This document shows, in pieces, positions 32,378 to 43,675 of a DNA stretch of 64,000 nucleotides. A program made the position numbers and the translations under genes. Below the pieces are notes generated by a model, which did no database searches, was not told the DNA's origin, and saw nothing but the letters and a program-made list of their open reading frames with translations. The stretch's first letter is position 1. The number at the start of each line of letters is the position of its first letter. The stretch is from Escherichia coli (GTDB lineage: Bacteria; Pseudomonadota; Gammaproteobacteria; Enterobacterales; Enterobacteriaceae), in assembly GCF_003334305.1 (NCBI RefSeq), contig NZ_QOWS01000002.1; one strand, given 5' to 3'.

Positions 32378-33877
32378 ATGACAGAGCCGCATGTAGCAGT
32401 ATTAAGCCAGGTCCAACAGTTTCTCGATCGTCAACACGGTCTTTATATTGATGGTCGTCCTGGCCCCGCACAAAGTGAAAAACGGTTGGCGATCTTTGAT
32501 CCGGCCACCGGGCAAGAAATTGCGTCTACTGCTGATGCCAACGAAGCGGATGTAGATAACGCAGTCATGTCTGCCTGGCGGGCCTTTGTCTCGCGTCGCT
32601 GGGCCGGGCGATTACCCGCAGAGCGTGAACGTATTCTGCTACGTTTTGCCGATCTGGTGGAACAGCACAGTGAGGAGCTGGCGCAACTGGAAACCCTGGA
32701 GCAAGGCAAGTCAATTGCCATTTCCCGTGCTTTTGAAGTGGGCTGTACGCTGAACTGGATGCGTTATACCGCCGGGTTAACGACCAAAATCGCGGGTAAA
32801 ACGCTGGACTTGTCGATTCTCTTACCCCAGGGGGCGCGTTATCAGGCCTGGACGCGTAAAGAGCCGGTTGGCGTAGTGGCGGGAATTGTGCCATGGAACT
32901 TTCCGTTGATGATTGGTATGTGGAAGGTGATGCCAGCACTGGCAGCAGGCTGTTCAATCGTGATTAAGCCTTCGGAAACCACGCCACTGACGATGTTGCG
33001 CGTGGCGGAACTGGCCAGCGAGGCTGGTATCCCTGATGGCGTTTTTAATGTCGTCACCGGGTCAGGTGCTGTATGCGGCGCGGCCCTGACGTCACATCCT
33101 CATGTTGCGAAAATCAGTTTTACCGGTTCAACCGCGACGGGAAAAGGTATTGCCAGAACTGCTGCTGATCACTTAACGCGTGTAACGCTGGAACTGGGCG
33201 GTAAAAACCCGGCAATTGTATTAAAAGATGCTGATCCGCAATGGGTTATTGAAGGCTTGATGACCGGAAGCTTCCTGAATCAAGGGCAAGTATGCGCCGC
33301 CAGTTCGCGAATTTATATTGAAGCGCCGTTGTTTGACACGCTGGTTAGTGGATTTGAGCAGGCGGTAAAATCGTTGCAAGTGGGACCGGGGATGTCACCT
33401 GTTGCACAGATTAACCCTTTGGTTTCTCGTGCGCACTGCGACAAAGTGTGTTCATTCCTCGACGATGCGCAGGCACAGCAAGCAGAGCTGATTCGCGGGT
33501 CGAATGGACCAGCCGGAGAGGGGTATTATGTTGCGCCAACGCTGGTGGTAAATCCCGATGCTAAATTGCGCTTAACTCGTGAAGAGGTGTTTGGTCCGGT
33601 GGTAAACCTGGTGCGAGTAGCGGATGGAGAAGAGGCGTTACAACTGGCAAACGACACGGAATATGGCTTAACTGCCAGTGTCTGGACGCAAAATCTCTCC
33701 CAGGCTCTGGAATATAGCGATCGCTTACAGGCAGGGACGGTGTGGGTAAACAGCCATACCTTAATTGACGCTAACTTACCGTTTGGTGGGATGAAGCAGT
33801 CAGGAACGGGCCGTGATTTTGGCCCCGACTGGCTGGACGGTTGGTGTGAAACTAAGTCGGTGTGTGTACGGTATTAA
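32378..33877 (+). CDS. feaB: phenylacetaldehyde dehydrogenase
   Basis: Track ORF 32375-33877; start at MTEPHVAVL; aldehyde dehydrogenase motifs. Confidence 0.9.
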   Translation: MTEPHVAVLSQVQQFLDRQHGLYIDGRPGPAQSEKRLAIFDPATGQEIASTADANEADVDNAVMSAWRAFVSRRWAGRLPAERERILLRFADLVEQHSEELAQLETLEQGKSIAISRAFEVGCTLNWMRYTAGLTTKIAGKTLDLSILLPQGARYQAWTRKEPVGVVAGIVPWNFPLMIGMWKVMPALAAGCSIVIKPSETTPLTMLRVAELASEAGIPDGVFNVVTGSGAVCGAALTSHPHVAKISFTGSTATGKGIARTAADHLTRVTLELGGKNPAIVLKDADPQWVIEGLMTGSFLNQGQVCAASSRIYIEAPLFDTLVSGFEQAVKSLQVGPGMSPVAQINPLVSRAHCDKVCSFLDDAQAQQAELIRGSNGPAGEGYYVAPTLVVNPDAKLRLTREEVFGPVVNLVRVADGEEALQLANDTEYGLTASVWTQNLSQALEYSDRLQAGTVWVNSHTLIDANLPFGGMKQSGTGRDFGPDWLDGWCETKSVCVRY

Positions 33878-33893
33878 TCTGGTTCGCTCATAA

Positions 33894-33924
33894 GTAAAAA
33901 ACGGCACCTGGTGCCGTTTTTTTG
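33894..33924. terminator. bidirectional Rho-independent terminator between convergent feaB and tynA
   Basis: A5-ACGGCACC/GGTGCCGT-T7. Confidence 0.7.
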
Positions 33925-33934
33925 TCTGAAACAA

Positions 33935-36208
33935 TCACTTATCTTTCTTCAGCGCCCCTAGCGTTGGCGTTTCGTCAAAGAAGTTCCATGGTTTAAGCAG
34001 AGTATGTACCCATTCGGTCGGCATAATCGGCCACTCTTCGGCGCGGGCCACATGTGTGGTGCCGGTGGTCATCCAGACAACGGCGTCGGTGTTGTCCAGC
34101 GACTCGTTATCTTTACTGTATTGTCCAAGACCGGTGTCATGAGTAGAACGGTTCGGATATTTGCCTTCCGGGAAACGCTCGCCAGGATGATAACGCGTTA
34201 CCCAAAGCTGCTTGTCCATAAAGCTTAAACGATGATAGATCCACTCGTCCGGCGCGAACTGGGCACCTTTTGCTACCGGGTGAGTACCACCTGCATAAGG
34301 AATAATTTGATAGGAAACTGGATTGCCCATGCGGTTCTCTTTGTTCGGGTTACTCAACAGACGAATCGTGCCCGGATCAAACTTCTGCGCGGCATCCTGT
34401 TCATTGCCGATGTTGTACTGATTAACTTGCATGGTACTGGTGCGTGGGCCACCGGCAGTATTCGGTTTTACCACTGGGTCCATCGCCACCAGGCTGTTAT
34501 TCTCGCCATCTACATCCAGATCGAGGCGGAAATTATAAATATGTTGGTGTGTAGTACCCACGATATTGTGATCGATAAGCGTGCCGTAGCGCGTGTCATC
34601 TTTCGCCGTCTCATCGTGCATGGTTTTCGCTTTAACACCTTTCACCGCTTCGATGCCCGTAGCACCGGCATCAATGCCAATAGTGCCGTTTTCATGGAAG
34701 ATCCAGTCAAAAATGTAGTCATAGTTACCCACTGTACTGATCCAGCGCACCACTAACTCCCGGCGTTCGGTACTGACGTTGGGCTGGCCCATTTCCTGAT
34801 GCTTATACTCCGGCCCGGCATAACGTTCAAATACCGCGATAGCGCGAGGGATCTCCATCGGCACGCCAGTGTAGTCGGCGATGGTTTCATTAAGGAGCAC
34901 TGCGTTAGACGGGGCATCTTTACCACGAGCAATTGGTGAGGTTAGCGTGCCCATACCGTAGTCACCAGAGTCCAGATACGCTTTAAAGTACCAGCCAATA
35001 TCAGGATCACCGTAAGGCACAATCATGCCGCCGAGAGAACCTTCGTACATGACTTTGCGTTTGGTGCCATTGTCGTTATAAGTCACGGTGGAGATCATCG
35101 GCCCGACGCGAGAGTTCATGCTGAGGTGAAAATCCCAGTTCCGCCAGTGAATCATATCGCCAGTAATGGTGTAATTTTTACCTTCAGGCTCAATGATTTG
35201 CATAGGCTTAACTGCCGGAGCAACGCGGTCACGGCTATCAAATGGGCGTGCGGTCATTGGCACCGGAACTACCGGACCTTCTTCAATCTTAACGATTTTT
35301 TTCTGTTCTAAATCAACGACCGCCACCAGGTTTTCGATGGGATGTGCCCAGTAGTTGCCATCACCGACATCAAGATAGCTGATGACTTTGAGCAACCGGG
35401 CATCTTGTTTCAGGCCATCTTTACCATCGAAATAACCTACGGTCAGCGGCGTGGTAATCACTTTTTTCGCATCAGTAATACCGCGTTTCTTCACGGCAGC
35501 GGCAAATTCTTCACTGTTGTTAATAATGTTCTGCACACTGGCGAAATCATCCAGCAACACCATACCGTGGGCGTCTTTAATGGGTTGCCAGGAGAGCAGT
35601 TTGTTGTTTTGCAGATCCACCACCGCTTCGATGATATGTTTGCCGTCGAGCATAATGACGTCGGCTTTGCGCGGCTGGTCAACCGGTTTGTTTTCCAGCG
35701 CAAACGCCCAGACAGCTTCTTTATCTGGCGGTAGCAGGGAGATCTCAGTAAAACGGGTATTGGGTTTGAAGTCCGCGGAAGCTTTAACAATTTCAACGGC
35801 CTGTTTAATTTCGTCCGCAGTTAGCGCATTAAGTGGGTGAGGGCGCTTTTCTACCTGAAAGGTTTGATCCAGACCGGACTGGAAAACATCGTTAATAAAG
35901 GTGTCAGAAACCCAGGCCTTATTGTCTTTCATCACTACCGGCACTTGCAGTGCCAGAGGTTGACCATTAACAATTGCTGTTTGCGCACCAGGCTTCACTT
36001 TCACGTACGCGCCATCTTTAATCAGGGTAAAGATCTGGGCGTAGTCGTCCCACTGCACATCGGCACCAAATTCTTTAAGCGTTTCATCCATTGGCACCAT
36101 ATGCGCTTCACCACCGTGGGCAAATACCGGCGCTTGCCAGGCGAAACTTAAGGCGACTGCCAACGCCAGGGTTGTTTTACGGGCAGAATACAGAGAGGGG
36201 CTTCCCAT
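33935..36208 (-). CDS. tynA: periplasmic copper/topaquinone amine oxidase
   Basis: Track ORF 33935-36244; start trimmed to MGSPSLYSARKT (757 aa). Confidence 0.9.
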   Translation of the reverse strand: MGSPSLYSARKTTLALAVALSFAWQAPVFAHGGEAHMVPMDETLKEFGADVQWDDYAQIFTLIKDGAYVKVKPGAQTAIVNGQPLALQVPVVMKDNKAWVSDTFINDVFQSGLDQTFQVEKRPHPLNALTADEIKQAVEIVKASADFKPNTRFTEISLLPPDKEAVWAFALENKPVDQPRKADVIMLDGKHIIEAVVDLQNNKLLSWQPIKDAHGMVLLDDFASVQNIINNSEEFAAAVKKRGITDAKKVITTPLTVGYFDGKDGLKQDARLLKVISYLDVGDGNYWAHPIENLVAVVDLEQKKIVKIEEGPVVPVPMTARPFDSRDRVAPAVKPMQIIEPEGKNYTITGDMIHWRNWDFHLSMNSRVGPMISTVTYNDNGTKRKVMYEGSLGGMIVPYGDPDIGWYFKAYLDSGDYGMGTLTSPIARGKDAPSNAVLLNETIADYTGVPMEIPRAIAVFERYAGPEYKHQEMGQPNVSTERRELVVRWISTVGNYDYIFDWIFHENGTIGIDAGATGIEAVKGVKAKTMHDETAKDDTRYGTLIDHNIVGTTHQHIYNFRLDLDVDGENNSLVAMDPVVKPNTAGGPRTSTMQVNQYNIGNEQDAAQKFDPGTIRLLSNPNKENRMGNPVSYQIIPYAGGTHPVAKGAQFAPDEWIYHRLSFMDKQLWVTRYHPGERFPEGKYPNRSTHDTGLGQYSKDNESLDNTDAVVWMTTGTTHVARAEEWPIMPTEWVHTLLKPWNFFDETPTLGALKKDK

Positions 36209-36455
36209 TATTAACCTCGTCAGATGTTGTGTTCTTGTTAGCAACCGCGCTCTGTGGGCGGTTTAGTCAGGTTCACATTATCAGTACTGATGCAAAGGGG
36301 ATTGCCTGCACCTGCCAGGTTGTTTGGCAGGTGTGCCAGCTTTTCATACAGTGGGTGCCCTGAAAATAGATGTACACATCATGCATAATGTGACAACGTC
36401 ACAAAACTTAGTGAAATAAAAGGGCAACTATTGGCCGTTGCCCTTCATTCACCGA

Positions 36456-38099
36456 TTAATCGACAAAATCACCGTGCTGCCTGGCCACCAGCGTCAGAAT
36501 TGAATACAGCGCCACCGGGGTTTGATGCTGATTGAATACCTCTACCGCCCATTCCACCACACCTGTTGGTTTTTCTTCTGCGCTACGCTGTTTTTTCAGC
36601 GTCTTGCGCTTACAGGTGAGACGCACCTGGATGGTATCGCCTGGCTTTACGGGTTCGATAAAGCGCAAGTTTTCCAGCCCATAATTAGCAATGACCGGAC
36701 CGACACCGGCATCGACAAACAGACCCGCAGCCGCAGAAAGCACAAAATACCCATGCACCACACGCTCACCGAAAATAGATTCGGCAGCAGCAATCTTATC
36801 CATATGCGCATAGAAATGATCGCCGCTGAGGCAAGCAAAGTTAACAATATCGGCCTCTGTCATTGTGCGGCGGGGAGTCAGCAGGCTGTCGCCTGGTTGT
36901 AGCTCCTCAAAATATTTGCGGAACGGATGAATACGATCTTCTTCGACTTTCGCACCACGCACCCACTGTTTACTGATAGCTGCAAGCATCGTCGGACTAC
37001 CCTGAACAGCGGTTCGCTGCATGTAATGTTTCACCGCTCGTAAACCACCTAATTCTTCACCGCCTCCTGCGCGACCAGGCCCACCATGTAACAGTTGTGG
37101 CAGTGGGGAGCCATGCCCGGTGGATTCTTTTGCCGATTCCTCATTGAGGATCTGAATTCGCCCATGCGTACGTGCCGCGTCGGTAATAAACTGACGCGCA
37201 ATTTGCGGATCAGCCGTCACCAGCGTTCCCGCAAGGCTACCGCCGCCTGCACAAGCCAGTTGCAGAGCATGTCGCTGGTTTTGTGCTGGCATCAGCGTTG
37301 CGACAGGGCCAAAGGCTTCTGTTGCATGTACCGCCGGTGTTTCATCCGGCTGCGGACAGTACAATAAGGTTGGCGGGAAGAAGGCACCCGCAGCAGATAA
37401 ATCCGCCTGACCACCGAGGCGAATCTCGCATCCTGCAGCCAGCAATATGTTCACTTTTTCCTGCACATCGGCACGCTGCTCAGCATTTACCAGTGCGCCC
37501 ATTTTCACGCCTTCCTGAGCAGGATCACCGACCACGACTTTCTGTAATCGCGCAACCAGAGCATCACTGACAGCATTAACCAATGCCTGCGGCACAATAA
37601 TCCGCCGGATTGCCGTACATTTTTGCCCGGCTTTTGTGGTCATCTCACGCACAACTTCACGAATAAACAGCGCAAACTCCGGTTGATCCGGGGTGACATC
37701 TTCGCCCAGTACGCAGCAGTTCAGGGAATCAGCTTCCATAGTGAAGGGGATAGATTTGGCGACGATATTTGGCTGAACTCGCAGCATCTGTCCGGTCGCC
37801 GCTGACCCCGTGAAAGTCACCACATCCTGGCTGTCCAGATGATCCAAAAGGTCGCCCGCACTACCGCAGATCAGACTAATTGCGCCTTCGGGAACAAGAC
37901 CACTATCGACAATTGATTTCACCATCGCCTGAGTCAGTTGGGCCGTCGCGGTAGCTGGTTTGATGATGGCTGGCATTCCGCCCAGCCACGTTGGTGCCAG
38001 CTTTTCCAGCATTCCCCAGCAGGGGAAGTTAAAGGCGTTAATATGCACTGCCACGCCTGACTTTGAGGTCAGTACATGGCGCGCGGCAAATCCACCTTC
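36456..38099 (-). pseudogene. paaZ: paaZ, 5'-truncated (about 130 N-terminal codons missing)
   Basis: PaaZ-like frame continues upstream of the track GTG start (...[23 protein letters not shown]) and ends at an in-frame stop (rc TGA at 38100-38102) created at the junction; at most 548 codons versus about 681 recalled for intact PaaZ. Confidence 0.8.
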
Positions 38100-38100
38100 T

Positions 38101-39051
38101 CATTTGACCTTAAAAGCCAGTCTTGATGGTGAAGAATTACGCCGTTGTTACTCCATTTGCCGCAGCTACCTGCCTGGCGAAATTAGTGTGGCGGTGAAAG
38201 CCATTGAAGGCGGACGTTTCTCCCGCTATGCCCGCGAACACATCCGCCAGGGTATGACGCTGGAGGTCATGGTGCCGCAGGGGCATTTCGGCTATCAGCC
38301 ACAGGCCGAACGCCAGGGCCGCTATCTGGCTATTGCAGCAGGATCAGGTATTACGCCAATGCTGGCGATTATCGCCACCACTTTACAAACCGAGCCTGAA
38401 AGTCAGTTCACCCTGATCTACGGTAACCGTACCAGCCAGAGCATGATGTTTCGCCAGGCACTGGCAGACCTGAAAGACAAATATCCTCAGCGTTTACAGT
38501 TGTTGTGCATTTTCAGTCAGGAAACCCTCGACAGCGATCTGCTTCACGGGCGTATTGACGGTGAAAAATTACAGTCACTTGGGGCCTCGCTCATTAATTT
38601 TCGTCTTTATGATGAGGCATTTATTTGTGGTCCGGCGGCGATGATGGATGAGACGGAAGCCGCCTTAAAAGCACTGGGAATGCCAGATAAAACCATTCAT
38701 CTGGAGCGGTTTAATACGCCTGGCACGCGCGTCAAACGTAGCGTTAACGTGCAAAGTGACGGACAAAAAGTGACTGTACGTCAGGATGGGCGGGATCGGG
38801 AAATCGTGCTTAATGCCGACGATGAAAGCATTCTCGATGCGGCATTGCGCCAGGGGGCTGATCTGCCCTATGCCTGCAAAGGCGGCGTCTGTGCGACCTG
38901 CAAATGCAAAGTGCTGCGTGGCAAAGTGGCGATGGAAACCAATTACAGTCTGGAACCGGATGAACTGGCCGCAGGTTATGTGTTGAGTTGCCAGGCACTG
39001 CCGCTGACCAGCGATGTGGTGGTTGACTTTGACGCGAAGGGGATGGCATGA
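38101..39051 (+). pseudogene. paaE: paaE, 5'-truncated (about 40 N-terminal codons missing), fused in frame to antisense paaZ sequence
   Basis: PaaE-like sequence starts abruptly at HLTLKASLDGEELRRCYSICRS... at 38101; C-terminal 2Fe-2S motif (CKGGVCATCKC) intact. Confidence 0.8.
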
Positions 39052-39815
39052 GCGAACTGATCGTCAGCCGTCAGCAACAAGTATTGTTGCTGACCCTTAA
39101 CCGTCCCGCCGCACGTAATGCGCTAAATAATGCCCTTCTGACGCAACTGGTAAATGAACTGGAAGCTGCGGCTACCGATAGCAGCATTTCGGTCTGTGTG
39201 ATTACCGGTAATGCACGCTTTTTTGCCGCTGGGGCCGATCTCAACGAAATGGCAGAAAAAGATCTCGCGGCCACCTTAAACGATACACGTCCGCAGCTAT
39301 GGGCGCGATTGCAGGCCTTTAATAAACCACTTATCGCAGCCGTCAATGGTTACGCGCTTGGGGCGGGTTGCGAACTGGCATTGTTGTGCGATGTGGTGGT
39401 TGCCGGAGAGAACGCGCGTTTTGGGTTGCCGGAAATCACTCTCGGCATCATGCCAGGCGCAGGAGGAACGCAACGTTTAATCCGTAGTGTCGGTAAATCG
39501 TTAGCCAGCAAAATGGTGCTGAGCGGAGAAAGTATCACCGCTCAGCAAGCACAGCAGGCCGGGCTGGTTAGCGACGTCTTCCCCAGCGATTTAACCCTCG
39601 AATACGCCTTACAGCTGGCATCGAAAATGGCACGTCACTCGCCGCTGGCCTTACAAGCGGCAAAGCAAGCGCTGCGCCAGTCGCAGGAAGTGGCTTTGCA
39701 AGCCGGACTTGCCCAGGAGCGACAGTTATTCACCTTGCTGGCGGCAACAGAAGATCGTCATGAAGGCATCTCCGCTTTCTTACAAAAACGCACGCCCGAC
39801 TTTAAAGGACGCTAA
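39048..39815 (+). CDS. paaF: 2,3-dehydroadipyl-CoA hydratase (enoyl-CoA hydratase)
   Basis: 255-aa crotonase-fold ORF in paa synteny. Confidence 0.9.
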   Translation: MSELIVSRQQQVLLLTLNRPAARNALNNALLTQLVNELEAAATDSSISVCVITGNARFFAAGADLNEMAEKDLAATLNDTRPQLWARLQAFNKPLIAAVNGYALGAGCELALLCDVVVAGENARFGLPEITLGIMPGAGGTQRLIRSVGKSLASKMVLSGESITAQQAQQAGLVSDVFPSDLTLEYALQLASKMARHSPLALQAAKQALRQSQEVALQAGLAQERQLFTLLAATEDRHEGISAFLQKRTPDFKGR

Positions 39816-40603
39816 TGATGGAATTCATCCTCAGTCATGTAGAAAAGGGCGTGATGACACTAACGCTCAACCGCCCGGAACGCCTGAACAGTTTTAATGA
39901 TGAGATGCACGCACAACTGGCAGAGTGCCTGAAACAGGTCGAGCGCGACGACACTATCCGTTGCCTGTTACTTACAGGTGCCGGGCGCGGATTTTGTGCT
40001 GGTCAGGATCTTAACGATCGTAACGTTGATCCCACAGGCCCCGCACCGGATTTAGGGATGTCAGTTGAACGTTTCTATAACCCACTGGTACGTCGCCTGG
40101 CAAAACTGCCAAAACCGGTGATCTGTGCAGTCAATGGCGTGGCGGCAGGGGCAGGCGCAACACTGGCACTGGGGTGCGACATCGTTATTGCTGCCCGTTC
40201 AGCAAAATTCGTCATGGCGTTTAGTAAGTTAGGCTTAATACCCGATTGCGGTGGAACCTGGTTACTGCCACGCGTTGCTGGGCGAGCGCGCGCCATGGGG
40301 CTGGCACTGCTGGGGAATCAACTGAGTGCTGAACAGGCGCACGAATGGGGGATGATCTGGCAGGTTGTTGATGATGAAACGCTGGCAGATACCGCGCAAC
40401 AGCTGGCACGGCATCTGGCGACACAACCGACATTTGGTCTTGGACTTATCAAGCAAGCGATAAATAGCGCTGAAACCAATACGCTCGATACGCAACTGGA
40501 TCTGGAACGTGACTATCAGCGACTTGCCGGACGGAGCGCAGATTATCGTGAAGGTGTCAGTGCGTTCCTGGCTAAACGCTCACCGCAGTTCACGGGGAAA
40601 TAG
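39815..40603 (+). CDS. paaG: 1,2-epoxyphenylacetyl-CoA isomerase (crotonase family)
   Basis: 262-aa ORF, start overlaps paaF stop. Confidence 0.9.
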   Translation: MMEFILSHVEKGVMTLTLNRPERLNSFNDEMHAQLAECLKQVERDDTIRCLLLTGAGRGFCAGQDLNDRNVDPTGPAPDLGMSVERFYNPLVRRLAKLPKPVICAVNGVAAGAGATLALGCDIVIAARSAKFVMAFSKLGLIPDCGGTWLLPRVAGRARAMGLALLGNQLSAEQAHEWGMIWQVVDDETLADTAQQLARHLATQPTFGLGLIKQAINSAETNTLDTQLDLERDYQRLAGRSADYREGVSAFLAKRSPQFTGK

Positions 40604-40604
40604 C

Positions 40605-42032
40605 ATGATGATAAATGTGCAAACTGTGGCAGTGATTGGGAGCGGCACCATGGGGGCAGGCATTGCTGAAGTTGCCGCCAGTCATGGACATCAGGTTTTA
40701 CTGTATGACATTTCTGCTGAAGCGCTGACCCGCGCAATCGACGGGATACACGCGCGGCTAAATTCACGCGTGACGCGGGGAAAACTGACCGCTGAAACCT
40801 GTGAACGCACATTGAAACGCCTGATCCCGGTGACCGATATTCACGCGCTGGCAGCAGCGAATCTGGTTATTGAAGCGGCGTCTGAACGTCTGGAAGTTAA
40901 AAAAGCGCTCTTTGCACAACTGGCGGAAGTTTGCCCGCCACAAACGCTATTGACCACTAACACTTCGTCAATCTCTATAACCGCGATTGCTGCGGAGGTA
41001 AAAAATCCTGAACGTGTTGCGGGGCTGCATTTTTTTAACCCGGCACCGGTGATGAAGTTGGTGGAGGTGGTCAGTGGGCTGGCAACGGCAGCGGAAGTTG
41101 TCGAGCAGTTGTGTGAACTGACATTGAGTTGGGGTAAGCAGCCAGTGCGCTGTCATTCGACCCCCGGATTTATCGTTAACCGTGTTGCGCGTCCTTATTA
41201 TTCCGAGGCCTGGCGGGCACTGGAAGAGCAGGTTGCTGCACCAGAAGTGATTGACGCTGCACTTCGCGATGGCGCTGGTTTCCCGATGGGGCCGCTGGAA
41301 TTAACCGATCTGATTGGTCAGGACGTCAATTTTGCTGTCACCTGTTCGGTGTTTAACGCTTTCTGGCAGGAGCGTCGTTTTTTACCTTCGCTGGTGCAAC
41401 AGGAACTGGTGATTGGTGGACGGTTGGGCAAGAAAAGTGGGCTGGGCGTGTACGACTGGCGCGCGGAACGTGAGGCAGTTGTTGGCCTGGAAGCGGTAAG
41501 CGACAGTTTTAGCCCAATGAAAGTAGAAAAGAAAAGTGACGGTGTCACGGAAATTGACGATGTTTTATTGATTGAGACACAAGGCGAGACGGCACAGGCG
41601 CTGGCAACACGACTGGCGCGCCCGGTGGTAGTTATCGACAAAATGGCGGGCAAGGTGGTGACCATTGCTGCGGCAGCGGTGAACCCGGACTCAGCGACCC
41701 ACAAGGCCATTTATTACCTGCAACAGCAGGGCAAAACAGTGCTGCAAATTGCAGATTACCCAGGAATGCTGATTTGGCGAACGGTAGCAATGATCATCAA
41801 TGAAGCCCTTGATGCGCTGCAAAAAGGCGTGGCCTCTGAACAGGATATCGATACCGCCATGCGTCTTGGGGTGAATTATCCATATGGCCCGCTTGCCTGG
41901 GGAGCGCAACTTGGCTGGCAGCGAATATTAAGGCTCCTGGAAAATCTACAACATCACTATGGCGAAGAACGCTATCGCCCATGTTCATTGCTGCGCCAAC
42001 GGGCGCTTCTGGAGAGCGGTTATGAGTCATAA
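40605..42032 (+). CDS. paaH: 3-hydroxyadipyl-CoA dehydrogenase
   Basis: Track ORF 40509-42032; start trimmed to MMINVQTVAVIGSGTMG. Confidence 0.9.
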   Translation: MMINVQTVAVIGSGTMGAGIAEVAASHGHQVLLYDISAEALTRAIDGIHARLNSRVTRGKLTAETCERTLKRLIPVTDIHALAAANLVIEAASERLEVKKALFAQLAEVCPPQTLLTTNTSSISITAIAAEVKNPERVAGLHFFNPAPVMKLVEVVSGLATAAEVVEQLCELTLSWGKQPVRCHSTPGFIVNRVARPYYSEAWRALEEQVAAPEVIDAALRDGAGFPMGPLELTDLIGQDVNFAVTCSVFNAFWQERRFLPSLVQQELVIGGRLGKKSGLGVYDWRAEREAVVGLEAVSDSFSPMKVEKKSDGVTEIDDVLLIETQGETAQALATRLARPVVVIDKMAGKVVTIAAAAVNPDSATHKAIYYLQQQGKTVLQIADYPGMLIWRTVAMIINEALDALQKGVASEQDIDTAMRLGVNYPYGPLAWGAQLGWQRILRLLENLQHHYGEERYRPCSLLRQRALLESGYES

Positions 42033-42444
42033 GGCCTGGCAAAATGCCCATGCAATGTATGAGAACGATGCCTGCGCGAAAGCGCTTGGCATCGACATTA
42101 TCTCAATGGATGAAGGCTTTGCTGTAGTGACCATGACCGTCACTGTACAAATGCTTAATGGTCATCAAAGTTGCCACGGCGGGCAGCTATTTTCACTGGC
42201 TGATACTGCCTTTGCCTACGCCTGCAATAGCCAGGGGTTGGCAGCTGTCGCTTCTGCCTGCACGATTGATTTTTTACGTCCAGGCTTTGCCGGAGACACC
42301 TTAACTGCGACTGCGCAGGTTCGTCATCAGGGCAAGCAAACCGGTGTTTACGACATCGAAATTGTTAACCAACAACAAAAAACGGTTGCGCTGTTTCGCG
42401 GTAAATCTCACCGCATCGGCGGCACCATTATAGGAGAAGCCTGA
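42022..42444 (+). CDS. paaI: hot-dog-fold phenylacetyl-CoA thioesterase
   Basis: Track ORF 41959-42444; start trimmed to MSHKAWQ (140 aa). Confidence 0.85.
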   Translation: MSHKAWQNAHAMYENDACAKALGIDIISMDEGFAVVTMTVTVQMLNGHQSCHGGQLFSLADTAFAYACNSQGLAAVASACTIDFLRPGFAGDTLTATAQVRHQGKQTGVYDIEIVNQQQKTVALFRGKSHRIGGTIIGEA

Positions 42445-43649
42445 TGCGTGAAGCCTTTATTTGTGACGGAATTCGTACGCCAATTGGTCGCTACGGCGGG
42501 GCATTATCAGGTGTTCGGGCTGATGATCTGGCTGCTATCCCTTTGCGGGAACTGCTGGTGCGAAACCCGCGTCTCGATGCGGAGTGTATCGATGATGTGA
42601 TCCTCGGCTGTGCTAATCAGGCGGGAGAAGATAACCGTAACGTAGCCCGGATGGCGACTTTACTGGCGGGGCTGCCGCAGAGTGTTTCCGGCACAACCAT
42701 TAACCGCTTGTGTGGTTCCGGGCTGGACGCACTGGGGTTCGCCGCACGGGCGATTAAAGCGGGCGATGGCGATTTGCTGATCGCTGGTGGCGTGGAGTCA
42801 ATGTCTCGGGCACCGTTTGTTATGGGCAAGGCAACCAGTGCATTTTCTCGTCAGGCTGAGATGTTTGATACCACTATTGGCTGGCGATTTGTGAACCCGC
42901 TCATGGCTCAACAATTTGGAACTGACAGCATGCCGGAAACGGCAGAGAATGTAGCTGAACTGTTAAAAATCTCGCGAGAAGATCAAGATAGTTTTGCGCT
43001 ACGCAGTCAGCAACGTACGGCAAAAGCGCAATCCTCAGGCATTCTGGCTGAGGAGATTGTTCCGGTTGTGTTGAAAAACAAGAAAGGCGTTGTAACAGAA
43101 ATACAACATGATGAGCATCTGCGCCCGGAAACGACGCTGGAACAGTTACGTGGGTTAAAAGCACCGTTTCGTGCCAATGGGGTGATTACCGCAGGCAATG
43201 CCTCCGGGGTGAATGACGGAGCCGCTGCGTTGATTATTGCCAGTGAACAGATGGCAGCAGCGCAAGGACTGACGCCGCGGGCGCGTATCGTAGCCATGGC
43301 AACCGCCGGGGTGGAACCGCGTCTGATGGGGCTTGGTCCGGTGCCTGCAACTCGCCGGGTGCTGGAACGCGCGGGGCTGAGTATTCACGATATGGACGTG
43401 ATTGAATTGAACGAAGCGTTCGCGGCCCAGGCGTTGGGTGTACTACGCGAATTGGGGCTGCCTGATGATGCCCCACATGTTAACCCCAACGGAGGCGCTA
43501 TCGCCTTAGGCCATCCGTTGGGAATGAGTGGTGCCCGCCTGGCACTGGCTGCCAGCCATGAGCTGCATCGGCGTAACGGTCGTTACGCATTATGCACCAT
43601 GTGCATCGGTGTCGGTCAGGGCATCGCCATGATTCTGGAGCGTGTTTGA
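42444..43649 (+). CDS. paaJ: 3-oxoadipyl-CoA / 3-oxo-5,6-dehydrosuberyl-CoA thiolase
   Basis: 401-aa thiolase ORF. Confidence 0.9.
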   Translation: MREAFICDGIRTPIGRYGGALSGVRADDLAAIPLRELLVRNPRLDAECIDDVILGCANQAGEDNRNVARMATLLAGLPQSVSGTTINRLCGSGLDALGFAARAIKAGDGDLLIAGGVESMSRAPFVMGKATSAFSRQAEMFDTTIGWRFVNPLMAQQFGTDSMPETAENVAELLKISREDQDSFALRSQQRTAKAQSSGILAEEIVPVVLKNKKGVVTEIQHDEHLRPETTLEQLRGLKAPFRANGVITAGNASGVNDGAAALIIASEQMAAAQGLTPRARIVAMATAGVEPRLMGLGPVPATRRVLERAGLSIHDMDVIELNEAFAAQALGVLRELGLPDDAPHVNPNGGAIALGHPLGMSGARLALAASHELHRRNGRYALCTMCIGVGQGIAMILERV

Positions 43650-43675
43650 GCATATCAACCTGCGAGTACCCTACA

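Noticed and set aside
37960-39051. 363-aa plus-strand track ORF that looks like a full-length gene
   Set aside because: Its first 47 codons are antisense to paaZ and the rest is PaaE from residue ~40; it is a chimera created by the deletion junction, so it is annotated as a truncated paaE pseudogene instead.
40509-40604. N-terminal extension of the paaH track ORF (and similar extensions for fnr, uspF, tynA, paaK, paaI, hslJ, uspE, dgcM)
   Set aside because: The track takes the longest ORF; in each case an internal start matches the recognisable protein N-terminus and avoids implausible overlap with the upstream gene.
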